A model generated the notes under the pieces. The model saw only the letters and a list, made by a program, of their open reading frames with translations, searched no databases and was not told the origin of the DNA. The translations under genes and the position numbers were made by a program. Shown here piece after piece: positions 8,799 through 17,002 of a stretch of DNA of 64,000 bases. Positions within the stretch are counted from its first letter, which is position 1; each line of letters begins with the position of its first letter. This DNA is from Dehalococcoidia bacterium (GTDB lineage: Bacteria > Chloroflexota > Dehalococcoidia > Lucifugimonadales > UBA3495): NCBI GenBank assembly GCA_965215425.1, contig OZ244064.1, positions 2,588,095 to 2,652,094 on the forward strand. Reading direction: 5' to 3'.

Positions 8799-9623
8799 GG
8801 GCAATCGCGTCTTAACTGCGAAGGACTTTCAGCAAGTGGGCATCCCGCCCGCTGGCTTGCCGGCGTTTGCCCCGGATGCCCACTTTCAGGCTGGTTTCCC
8901 GTTTCAGCAGGTTGGGGGAAATTTGCCGCAGCGTCGCCAGGTTCTGGGGCGCGTGAGCCTTGCGAATCCGGCATTGGTCTTCCCGGAAGGTCCCGTCCAG
9001 GCTTCGGTGCAAAGAGTTCTCGCTGCTCCGGTGGGTGCGTACTGCCGCCAGCAACTGCTCTGCCGGCGCGGTCAGACTGCTGATGCAGCACCTGGATTGC
9101 ACGGTTGACCCCTCCGCCGTCTCCCGATGGCCCACCACTTTGACCACCGCCGTCCAAATCCAGCAGTCCGCCCGCTTATTTCCCCGCCGCGCCCCCCGGC
9201 AAGTCCATTGCTCAGCACAGGCGATCACCGCCGCCGGTTGCCCTCCCGCCATAGCAGCCGGGCGCTGCCGGGCCTGCTCCCGCAGCCGCTCTAACGCTTG
9301 TCGCCCCCCTTTTTGACCCAGTTGCTGACCGTTTGCACCCTAACTCCCACCACCCGGCTGACCGCGCTCAGGCTGCTGCCCTCCCCATACATTTGCAGCG
9401 CTTGCTCCGTGACCGCCGGCCCCGCTGGGCTGATAGCGCCGGCCGCAATCCCCGCAGCGGTAGCGTTGCTGGCCCCGGTTATAGCCGTGCCTGGCCATCC
9501 AATTGGAACCGCAGTCGGGACAACGCACATCGTGGCAGTAAACTCGGGGACGGCGCAGCATCACACCTCCGACAACAGGCCTGCCTCAATCATAACTCTA
9601 TCCCAACTTATGTTGAAAAGACC
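8799..9623 (-). mobile_element. Chimeric IS remnant: the 3' part of an ISAs1-family element fused to the 5' part of an IS1-family element
   Basis: The left end carries the same terminal repeat GGGCAATCGCGTCTTAA as the 23007 copy. ORF 8812..9252 reads ...QWTCRGARRGNKRADCWIWTAVV (IS1 InsB N-terminus) joined directly to KVVGHRETAEG...ENSLHRSLDGTFREDQCRIRK...LLKVLRS (ISAs1 transposase C-terminus). ORFs 9340..9564 and 9291..9530 give a frameshifted InsA-like zinc finger (CPDCGSNW...RYRCGDCGRRY) plus HTH. The right end ...TGTTGAAAAGACC resembles the IS1-like end at 24497. Confidence 0.7.
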
Positions 9624-9815
9624 CCACCGTATAAACGGGGTCTTTCGATTCTCTCTCGGTTCTCAGCCCGGGGCCTGAACGACGCTCCCGGTCTTTCACC
9701 AGTAGGCCACGGGCTTCTTATCCCGCCAGGGACAGGGAGAAGGAAGGGTTCTACCGGATCGAGCTGGAGCAGTCGCTTAAGGGCGCCGGTTCAGCCTGAA
9801 TCAGCAAAGGCGGAA

Positions 9816-11030
9816 TCAGCAAAAGTTTTGCGTAAAATATACTCTACCGCCCGGGGATACGGCCACTCCAATCCCCTCCCTGCCGTAACTCCGGTTCAGG
9901 ATGTTGGCCCGGTGGCCGGGACTGCCCATCCAGCCCCGCACCGCCATAGCGGCCAGTTCCGCAGCGGAGCGCCAGTCCTTAATCGTAGTAGCTCCGCTGT
10001 AAGTGGTGTAAGTATAAGTAATGGAACCGTATAGCCAGCCCTGATAAATGTTCTCGGCCAGGCCATAGGTGTAGTACCGGCCATAATCTTTACGGCAAGT
10101 ATAGCCCTGCCGCACGCCTCGGTCAGTAGGGCTTTCCCCAACGGGATTCACGTGGGAAAAGTAGCCATACGCCGCCATATCATCGCTGTGAGCTTCAGCA
10201 ATGCCGGCAAGGTCGGCGTCATATACCAACGCCGCCAACCCCCGCCGCTCCCTTTCCGCGTTAACCAGTTCGTGAACCAGCCGGGCCAATTCCTGGAGCG
10301 GAATAACCGCAGCGCCGGTATCCGCCCGGTTAGCTATAGCCGGGGCCGAGACTATAGCCGGGGCCGAGACCGGGGTCGGGGCCGGTGGGGGAGGGACCAG
10401 TGGAGGAATGGGTACAGCGGCAAGTTCCGCCGGGGGAGTAGCCGGATCGGGTATTGCCGTGGGAACAATCGCCTCCGGCAGCTTGCCCGTAAGGATGAAA
10501 ACGTCAAACTGCTCTTTAGTGAGCGAAACTTCTACGCCGGTTGCTGGATGCTTTACCAGGTAGGAAAACCGGGCGGGCGGAATCAGAGTCGAAACAGGCG
10601 CCGGAGCAGGAGCCGGTGGAGCTGTGGGGGACAACACCGGCGCAGTTGGCGAAACAGCGGTAGCGGGTAGCCGGGTTGGAGTTGGCGTGATGGCGACAGA
10701 CGGGAGCCGGTCGGCGCCGGGGCGTCCGGTAATTTCCCCGGCCGGTTGCGCCGGTGAAGCCGGCCGGGGCGGGATTGGCGCGTTGGTGGAGGTTTCCGCC
10801 GGCTTCGGAGAAACCGGTTGGGGAGATTCACGGTTGGCCCGGTCGCGAAATACCGAGGCCAAATCAGCAATGAGGGCGGGGATGGCCTGCCATTGCTTAA
10901 GGGAAATTTCCCAGGCCCGCTGCGCCTCAAAGCGATTAGTCTCCCGGTAGTCCAGCCAGATGCCCCAACCGGCCCAGAGGAGAAGGGTCAGGGCGATCCC
11001 GATTAATGTTTTACGCAAGAACTCGCCCAT
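9816..11030 (-). CDS. Membrane-anchored CAP/SCP (YkwD-like) domain protein with a Pro/Ala-rich linker
   Basis: The C-terminal region NAERERRGLAALVYDADLAGIAEAHSDDMAAYGYFSH...GWMGSPGHRANIL matches the CAP-domain pattern. The N-terminal TM is LIGIALTLLLWAGWGIW. I prefer the ATG at 11030 (MGEFLRK...) to the ORF-track start at 11168. Confidence 0.8.
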   Translation of the reverse strand: MGEFLRKTLIGIALTLLLWAGWGIWLDYRETNRFEAQRAWEISLKQWQAIPALIADLASVFRDRANRESPQPVSPKPAETSTNAPIPPRPASPAQPAGEITGRPGADRLPSVAITPTPTRLPATAVSPTAPVLSPTAPPAPAPAPVSTLIPPARFSYLVKHPATGVEVSLTKEQFDVFILTGKLPEAIVPTAIPDPATPPAELAAVPIPPLVPPPPAPTPVSAPAIVSAPAIANRADTGAAVIPLQELARLVHELVNAERERRGLAALVYDADLAGIAEAHSDDMAAYGYFSHVNPVGESPTDRGVRQGYTCRKDYGRYYTYGLAENIYQGWLYGSITYTYTTYSGATTIKDWRSAAELAAMAVRGWMGSPGHRANILNRSYGREGIGVAVSPGGRVYFTQNFC

Positions 11031-11380
11031 TTTACCGCCACACCGCGCTGACTGGGCCGGTGGAGGAGTAACATTCTGACTTTGCTGCGCCGGGTTCGCC
11101 GGCCGGGGTGTAACGTCCCGTCCCCGCCAGACTTTCCGCCCCGGCCGGTATCCGCTCCGCTGGGCCAAGCCGGAAACACAGCGCCGCCGGGGGTGTTCGC
11201 CGCGCCCGTAATCCCGGTCATCCAGCGGCCTAAACTATCTGCTTACCCCAGCCGGATATGACTACGGACTGGACGGCGAAGTCGTAACTGGAGAGGGGCA
11301 TAGCTACCACCTGAAGGCGTCTGCATCACTATTTAGAATGGTAGCGCAATGCTACTGTCGGTTATCGGTCAATGGTGAAC

Positions 11381-12649
11381 TTACTCCACAAAAATAGAAT
11401 AGTTGGTAACCGCCACCCGTTCCCCACCGGCTTTGGCCCAAATCTGCACCGTATATACCCCGGGGCCGGCGGCTTCCAGGATGGGGGCAAGGTCTGCCGT
11501 TACCCGGAAGGACGAACCGGCGGCCTCCCAAACGGCGGCAGTGGTCCAGGGGACGGCGCGGGTATGGATAACATCCACCCGCAGGGGCGGCGCGTTAATG
11601 CGGTCCAGTCCCGGGTCCAGGGTGTAGGGGTCTATTCCCGTTTTCCAGGCGTAATTGGACACGTTATCCGCGTAGTAGCGGTCAGCCTCCAGGGGAGGGC
11701 GCAGGAAGACAGCCGGGTACTGGCCGGCGCCGTAGGAGTAAGTGGCGTCAAGCTGGCCCAGGGTCAACGGGCGGGGCGGCGGGTGATACCAGACGGCTAC
11801 GCTGTCCAACCCCATTCCCGGGGCCAGTTCACCGGCAAAGTTAAGCCTTCTCCCGGCAATGGCGGGTAGGGCGCTGAACCGTATGTGGTCGCCCTCAAAC
11901 TGCTGCACCACCCAACAGGTAAGGGCATTGCAGGCGATGCCCAGGTTAACCTTGCGGTGCCACGGGTCGAGGATGTTGGCGCGCTGCTCCGGGCTGACCA
12001 TAAAGGCCTCCTGAGTTCGGACCATCAACTTGCCGGGCGACTCGCTCCGGCCTCCGACCCCGCCGGTCAGCACGTCCGGGCCGGAAATGTTCTGTAGTTC
12101 CCGGTTAAACCCGCCGGCCAGGGTATAGCGCATATAGGGAGCCAGGCCGTTGGCGCCCCAGTGGGAGCGGTAATTGCGCCGCATCATATCCTCGGCGTGG
12201 CCCTGGGCGGCCGGGTTGTCGCCCAGGGTTAGCGGGACCAGGCCGAAATGCGCCCGGTCGGCGTTTATCAGCCCCAGCATCAGCCGTTGCAACAACCGGA
12301 GTTCTTCCGGGGCAACCGGGGACGGAGGGGAAACGGTTGGCCGGGCGACCGCTGGGGGAGGCTCTACGGCCCTGCCATTAGCGGTCAGGGCGGCCACAAC
12401 CAGGGTATCGGAGGTATCGGACGTCGGGGCGGGGGTAGTCAGCGTGGCGGGAGGCGTTGGGGCGTCGGACTGGAACGGCCCGACAATCAATTCCGGTATC
12501 TCAGCGAACCGTCCCCCGGCAGAGCCGAAGGCTCGTCCGGCTTTGAGGTCTCCGTACCGTTGATAGTCCTGCCACAGGATAATCCCGATTATGCTCAGTA
12601 AGGCCAGGGCGGACAGGGTGATAAGCCCGGCGACTGTTTTCTGATACAT
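11381..12649 (-). CDS. Membrane-anchored CAP/SCP domain protein (paralog-like neighbour)
   Basis: The N-terminal TM is GLITLSALALLSIIGIILW. The CAP motifs are LINADRAHFGLVPLTLGDNPAAQGHAEDMMRRNYRSHW and FMVSPEQRANILDPWHRKVNLG. Confidence 0.8.
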   Translation of the reverse strand: MYQKTVAGLITLSALALLSIIGIILWQDYQRYGDLKAGRAFGSAGGRFAEIPELIVGPFQSDAPTPPATLTTPAPTSDTSDTLVVAALTANGRAVEPPPAVARPTVSPPSPVAPEELRLLQRLMLGLINADRAHFGLVPLTLGDNPAAQGHAEDMMRRNYRSHWGANGLAPYMRYTLAGGFNRELQNISGPDVLTGGVGGRSESPGKLMVRTQEAFMVSPEQRANILDPWHRKVNLGIACNALTCWVVQQFEGDHIRFSALPAIAGRRLNFAGELAPGMGLDSVAVWYHPPPRPLTLGQLDATYSYGAGQYPAVFLRPPLEADRYYADNVSNYAWKTGIDPYTLDPGLDRINAPPLRVDVIHTRAVPWTTAAVWEAAGSSFRVTADLAPILEAAGPGVYTVQIWAKAGGERVAVTNYSIFVE

Positions 12650-12949
12650 TGGTAGTTCATCGGGGTTGCGCGAAATGGGGTTTATTTTGCGGGAACCGCC
12701 GCTCCGCCGGGGATTTGCCGGCGGCTCATTCGTGTCGCCAATGACAACGCCCCGGCCTCCGGCAGCTCGAAGACGGCTCGCTCGCTAGATTCCCGGTGGC
12801 CGCATTATAGCACGCCGGCTTCCGGCAGAAATTCCGAAAAATCGGTTCCGTTTACAATTATTGTTTACCCCGTATAAGACGCAACAACCGCACGCTAAAA
12901 GTAAAGTAAACGGAACCCGAAAATCCGAAAGGCGTCGCCGGCCCATATC

Positions 12950-14908
12950 CTACTCCTCGTCCCCGTATTGCTCCTTCAGGGACTCCACCACCGCCGGGTC
13001 GGCCAGGGTGGTAGTGTCGCCCAGGGCGCGGCCCTCGGCCACGTCCCGAAGGAGCCGGCGCATAATTTTGCCGCTGCGGGTCTTGGGCAGTTCGGCGGCG
13101 AAGTAGATGTCATCGGGGCGGGCCATCGGGCCGATCTTGGTAGCTACATGGGCTTTAAGCTCGGTTATCAGATCAGCGGAGGCGGCAACCTGGTCTTTGA
13201 TAGTAACAAAGGCCACGATAGCCTGACCTTTGATTTCGTGCGACTTGCCGATGCAGGCGGCCTCGGCAACTTTGGAGTTGTCCACGAGGGCGCTTTCCAC
13301 CTCCATAGTGCTGATGCGGTGAGCGGAAACGTTAATCACGTCGTCCACCCGGCCCAGCAGCCAGAAGTAACCGTCCTCGTCCAGCTTGGCCCCGTCGGAG
13401 GTAAAATAGATGCCCGGATAGCGGGACCAGTATTGCGCCACGAACCGCTCCGGGTCGCCGTAGATGCCCCGCAACATCGAGGGCCAGGGCCGCTTGATGG
13501 TCAGGTAGCCGCCACCACCGGGGCCGACCGGGTTGCCCGCCTCGTCGAGAATCTCGGCGTCGATACCGGGGAAAGGCTGCGTGGCCGAGCCGGGCTTGAG
13601 GGTGGTGATGCCCGGCAGGGGGCTGATCAATATCGAGCCGGTTTCGGTCTGCCACCAGGTATCCACCACCGGGCAGCGGCCGCCGCCGATGTTCTGCCAG
13701 TACCAGACCCAGGCCTCCGGGTTTATTGGCTCGCCCACTGAGCCCAGCAGACGGAGGGTGGACATATCGTGCCGGTCGGGGTACTCCTCGCCCCAGCGCA
13801 TAAAGGTGCGAATGGCCGTGGGGGCGGTGTAAAGGATGGTGCAGCCGTACTTTTCCACGATGGCCCAGAACCGGTCCCGGTCCGGGTAATCCGGCGAACC
13901 CTCATACATCACCGAGGTGGCGCCGTTAGCCAGGGGGCCATAGACAATATAGCTGTGGCCGGTAACCCAGCCAATATCGGCGGTGCACCAGTAAACGTCA
14001 TCTTCCTTCAGGTCAAAAATCCACTTGGTGGTGGCGTAGGCGCCGGTCAGGTAGCCGCCGGTGGTGTGGACAATGCCCTTGGGCTTGCCGGTAGTGCCGC
14101 TGGTGTAGAGCATATAGAGCATATCCTCGCTGTCCATCGGCTCCGGCGCGCAGGTCAGGGGCTGGCCGGCCACCAGGTCGTGCCACCAGACATCCCGACC
14201 GTCCACCATCCGGTCATCGGCGTGGCCGGTGCGCCGGACGACTACCACTTTTTCCACCGGAGTATCGCCCTCCAGGGAGGCGTCGGCGTTCTGCTTAAGC
14301 TGCACGATACCGCCGCGCCGGTAGCCTCCGTCGGCGGTAATCATCACCCTGGATTGGGAGTCGTCAATCCGGTCGCGGATTGACTCGGCGCTGAACCCGC
14401 CAAAGATGACGCTGTGGGCCGCGCCGATACGGGCGCAGGCCAGCATGGCTATGGGCAATTCAGGAACCATGGGCAGGTAAATAGTTACCCGGTCGCCCTT
14501 TTGTACGCCCAGGCTTTTCAACCCGTTGGCAAAGCGGCAGACTTCCCGGTACAGGTCCCGGTAGGTATAAACCTGCCAATCGCCCGGCTCTCCCTCCCAG
14601 ATGATGGCGGCCTTGTTGCGGCGGGCTGAGGCGAGGTGCCGGTCGATACAATTATAGGAGGCGTTGAGCTTACCCCCCACGAACCATTGGGCATAGGGCG
14701 GGTTCCAGTCCAGGATTTTATCCCAGCGCTGAAACCAGTCCAGTTCGCCGGCGAACCTGGCCCAGAAAGCTTCCGGGTCTTTACGGGCCGCTTCATAGAC
14801 TTCGGGGTCGCTGATGTTGGCCTGCCGGATAAACTCCGGCGACGGGGAAAAGGTGCGGTCTTCCTGAAGTAATGCTTCAATACTTCCGGTGTTTTCAACC
14901 ATAATCAT
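12950..14908 (-). CDS. acs: Acetyl-CoA synthetase (acetate--CoA ligase)
   Basis: The 652-aa protein has the AMP-binding motif [11 protein letters not shown] and WWQTETG. Its N- and C-termini are typical of Acs (...[17 protein letters not shown]...). The start could instead be the third codon (ATG at 14902). Confidence 0.93.
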   Translation of the reverse strand: MIMVENTGSIEALLQEDRTFSPSPEFIRQANISDPEVYEAARKDPEAFWARFAGELDWFQRWDKILDWNPPYAQWFVGGKLNASYNCIDRHLASARRNKAAIIWEGEPGDWQVYTYRDLYREVCRFANGLKSLGVQKGDRVTIYLPMVPELPIAMLACARIGAAHSVIFGGFSAESIRDRIDDSQSRVMITADGGYRRGGIVQLKQNADASLEGDTPVEKVVVVRRTGHADDRMVDGRDVWWHDLVAGQPLTCAPEPMDSEDMLYMLYTSGTTGKPKGIVHTTGGYLTGAYATTKWIFDLKEDDVYWCTADIGWVTGHSYIVYGPLANGATSVMYEGSPDYPDRDRFWAIVEKYGCTILYTAPTAIRTFMRWGEEYPDRHDMSTLRLLGSVGEPINPEAWVWYWQNIGGGRCPVVDTWWQTETGSILISPLPGITTLKPGSATQPFPGIDAEILDEAGNPVGPGGGGYLTIKRPWPSMLRGIYGDPERFVAQYWSRYPGIYFTSDGAKLDEDGYFWLLGRVDDVINVSAHRISTMEVESALVDNSKVAEAACIGKSHEIKGQAIVAFVTIKDQVAASADLITELKAHVATKIGPMARPDDIYFAAELPKTRSGKIMRRLLRDVAEGRALGDTTTLADPAVVESLKEQYGDEE

Positions 14909-15120
14909 TACCCCTTTTCAATACCTGATGAATACCACGACGATGGGCCCGCTGCCGTGCCATTTTAATCACAAGGCAGGGAGGTTGGCAAACTGGAGGC
15001 TGCGGTTTCAACACGCCGACAGGTTATCACACCGGCCCCCGCAAGCAAACGTCTGGCTAGAGGAGGAAGGGCCGGGTTGACCCGCCCCATCCCAGGGCCA
15101 ATTGCCGGTCAATTAACCTT

Positions 15121-15160
15121 CCGGCGGGTTCAACTCCAGCAGCTTTCCAAACACCTTCTG
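15121..15160. repeat. Duplicate of the 3' end of the exonuclease gene (left copy of a direct repeat flanking the Uma2 cassette)
   Basis: CCGGCGGGTTCAACTCCAGCAGCTTTCCAAACACCTTCTG matches 16106..16145 at 39 of 40 positions. Weaker similarity continues for about 20 nt. Confidence 0.85.
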
Positions 15161-15249
15161 GCTTGCGCCCATAATGCCAAGCCCCCAAGTGTGCTATTAT
15201 TGAACCTGGAATCCCAGCCAACCAAGCCGGATACCGCCGGAGTCCGCCG

Positions 15250-16023
15250 ATGACTACAAAACTCGCCTATCAAATCCGCTCCGTCATCAACTACGACCAG
15301 CTTTCCTTCAATCCCGACGTGCCGGAGCCACTGCCCGACGCTATGTATCAATACCCGGTCCTGCAAGAAGTTCTCCACGTCCTGGATACCCACCTGTCCA
15401 GCCTTTACCCCGCAGAAGAGGTCTTTCGCAGCAGCAACACCTTCATCTGCTACGACCCAGCGGACCTGAACCTCCGGGTTGGGCCGGATTTCTACGCAGC
15501 TTTCGGCGTTGACGCCCCAGCCATTGAGCGCCGGAAGCTGTACCTGCCCTGGGAGGTCGGCAAACCGCCCGACTTCGCCCTGGAAGTCGGTTCGGAGAGT
15601 ACCCGGCGTCAGGACAGCACGGTCAAACGCCAGCTTTACGCCCAGATCGGCATCTCCGAATACTGGCGATTTGACCGCACCGGGGGCGATTTCTACGGGC
15701 TGCCACTGGCTGGCGACCAACTGCAAAGCGGCGTTTACCAACCGGTGGCGCTGACCTCCGAACCCGACGGCGTCCTCAAGGGATACAGCCCAGCGTTACG
15801 GCTGAGCTTGTGCTGGCGGAACGGGATGCTCAAGTTCTACCACCACGAGTCCGGTCAATACCTCCGCAACCTGGGGGAGGCGGAGACCGACCGGCAAAGG
15901 GCGGAAGCTGGCTGGCAAAGGGCGGAGGCGGACCGGCAAAGAGAACGCGCCGCCCGGCAACGCGCGGAAGCTCGCCTCCGCGAGTTGGAGGCGGAAATGC
16001 GCCGGCGCCCGGGCGAAAACTGA
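15250..16023 (+). CDS. Uma2-family (DUF820) PD-(D/E)xK-like endonuclease with an Arg/Glu/Ala-rich repeat tail
   Basis: PDFYAAFGV...GKPPDFALEVGSESTRRQDSTVKRQLYAQIGISEYWRFD is the Uma2 core pattern. The C-terminal tail is DRQRAEAGWQRAEADRQRERAARQRAEARLRELEAE. Confidence 0.85.
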   Translation: MTTKLAYQIRSVINYDQLSFNPDVPEPLPDAMYQYPVLQEVLHVLDTHLSSLYPAEEVFRSSNTFICYDPADLNLRVGPDFYAAFGVDAPAIERRKLYLPWEVGKPPDFALEVGSESTRRQDSTVKRQLYAQIGISEYWRFDRTGGDFYGLPLAGDQLQSGVYQPVALTSEPDGVLKGYSPALRLSLCWRNGMLKFYHHESGQYLRNLGEAETDRQRAEAGWQRAEADRQRERAARQRAEARLRELEAEMRRRPGEN

Positions 16024-16100
16024 CCGCCGGCGCCGCCCAGGTTCCCCCGCTGTCGCTTGCCCGAATAACCGGACTCAAATACAGGAACGGTTGCGCCGAA

Positions 16101-16748
16101 TCACCCCGGCGGGTTCAACTCCAGCAGCTTCCCAAACACCTTCTGCGTTTGCACCACATCGCCGCCGGCACGATGGGGACGGATGCGGGCGGTAGATATG
16201 CCGAAGTCGGCGCAGGCCGTTGACAAGCTGTAGCGCATCCCGGGAACCCGCGCATCCAGCACTCGCTGGACATAGTCCCGGTGGCTTTCTCCCGGTTCCG
16301 GGTAACGTCCCAGTTTGTACCCCCGATACAGGGCCATGGCGTCGATAAAACGCCCCGCCGGCAGGTCATCCACCTCATCTATCACCCGGGCCAGTAGTCG
16401 TCCCTCCGCCACTGCCCGGCGATGCACCCGGGCAGCCTCCAGCAGAAAGGCCCGGTCAAAGCGGAGGATATTGTAGCCCACCAGGGGCCGGCCGCCGGTT
16501 CGCTCCACGAACCAGGCCAAAGCCGCGTCAATGGAAATCCCCCGCGCCGCCAAATCCAGATCGGTGATTCCCGTCAGGCTAACGATCCGGCGAGGGAGAG
16601 GCCGGTCTATTTTCACCAACACCGAGTCCGTGGCCGGCTCTTGTCCCGGCAGAACCAGGGAAACGCCGATCTCAATGATCAGGTCGTTCCAGCAGTCCAG
16701 ACCGGTAGTTTCCAAGTCCACTACCGCATAGCCATCTTGCAAATTCAT
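16101..16748 (-). CDS. DEDD-type 3'-5' exonuclease (DnaQ/PolIII epsilon-like)
   Basis: YAVVDLETTGLD is the ExoI motif. An H-x4-D ExoIII-like motif (RPHRAGGDVVQT) lies near the C-terminus. Confidence 0.85.
   Translation of the reverse strand: MNLQDGYAVVDLETTGLDCWNDLIIEIGVSLVLPGQEPATDSVLVKIDRPLPRRIVSLTGITDLDLAARGISIDAALAWFVERTGGRPLVGYNILRFDRAFLLEAARVHRRAVAEGRLLARVIDEVDDLPAGRFIDAMALYRGYKLGRYPEPGESHRDYVQRVLDARVPGMRYSLSTACADFGISTARIRPHRAGGDVVQTQKVFGKLLELNPPG
16106..16145. repeat. Right copy of the direct repeat (native 3' end of the exonuclease gene)
   Basis: See 15121..15160. This copy encodes ...QKVFGKLLELNPPG-stop. Confidence 0.85.
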
Positions 16749-16797
16749 CGTAGGAAACCGCCTTGTGAAGTTCAGAATTTAGGGGATAGTTTACCGC

Positions 16798-16829
16798 AAT
16801 TTACCTGGACGAGAATTTACCCGGACGAG
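16798..16829. repeat. Tandem 16-mer AATTTACC(T/C)GGACGAG x2 upstream of the molybdoenzyme gene
   Basis: Direct reading: 16798..16813 and 16814..16829 differ at one position. Confidence 0.8.
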
Positions 16830-17002
16830 CCGGTTATACCGGATTGAGAAGGAGAAAATATCCGGTGCAACTGGTTTATCCAGGGCTAAATCCCTCAGGC
16901 CGGCACGGCAGACCGGCACGGGTTAGAAACCGCTGGGCGGGTATGGTACAATGGCCCGGTCAAGTCCCGATTCCCCAAACACCGCAGCAGAGAGGGTTGG
17001 CT

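Noticed and set aside
15130-15741. The 203-aa minus-strand ORF opposite the Uma2 gene.
   Set aside because: Its C-terminal end is simply the duplicated exonuclease-gene tail read in another frame. The remainder is antisense to the well-supported Uma2 gene.
16749-17002. A Moco riboswitch upstream of the molybdoenzyme gene.
   Set aside because: I saw no recognisable conserved Moco-motif core and cannot support the call without a covariance-model search. The region instead shows a tandem 16-mer and a promoter-like element.
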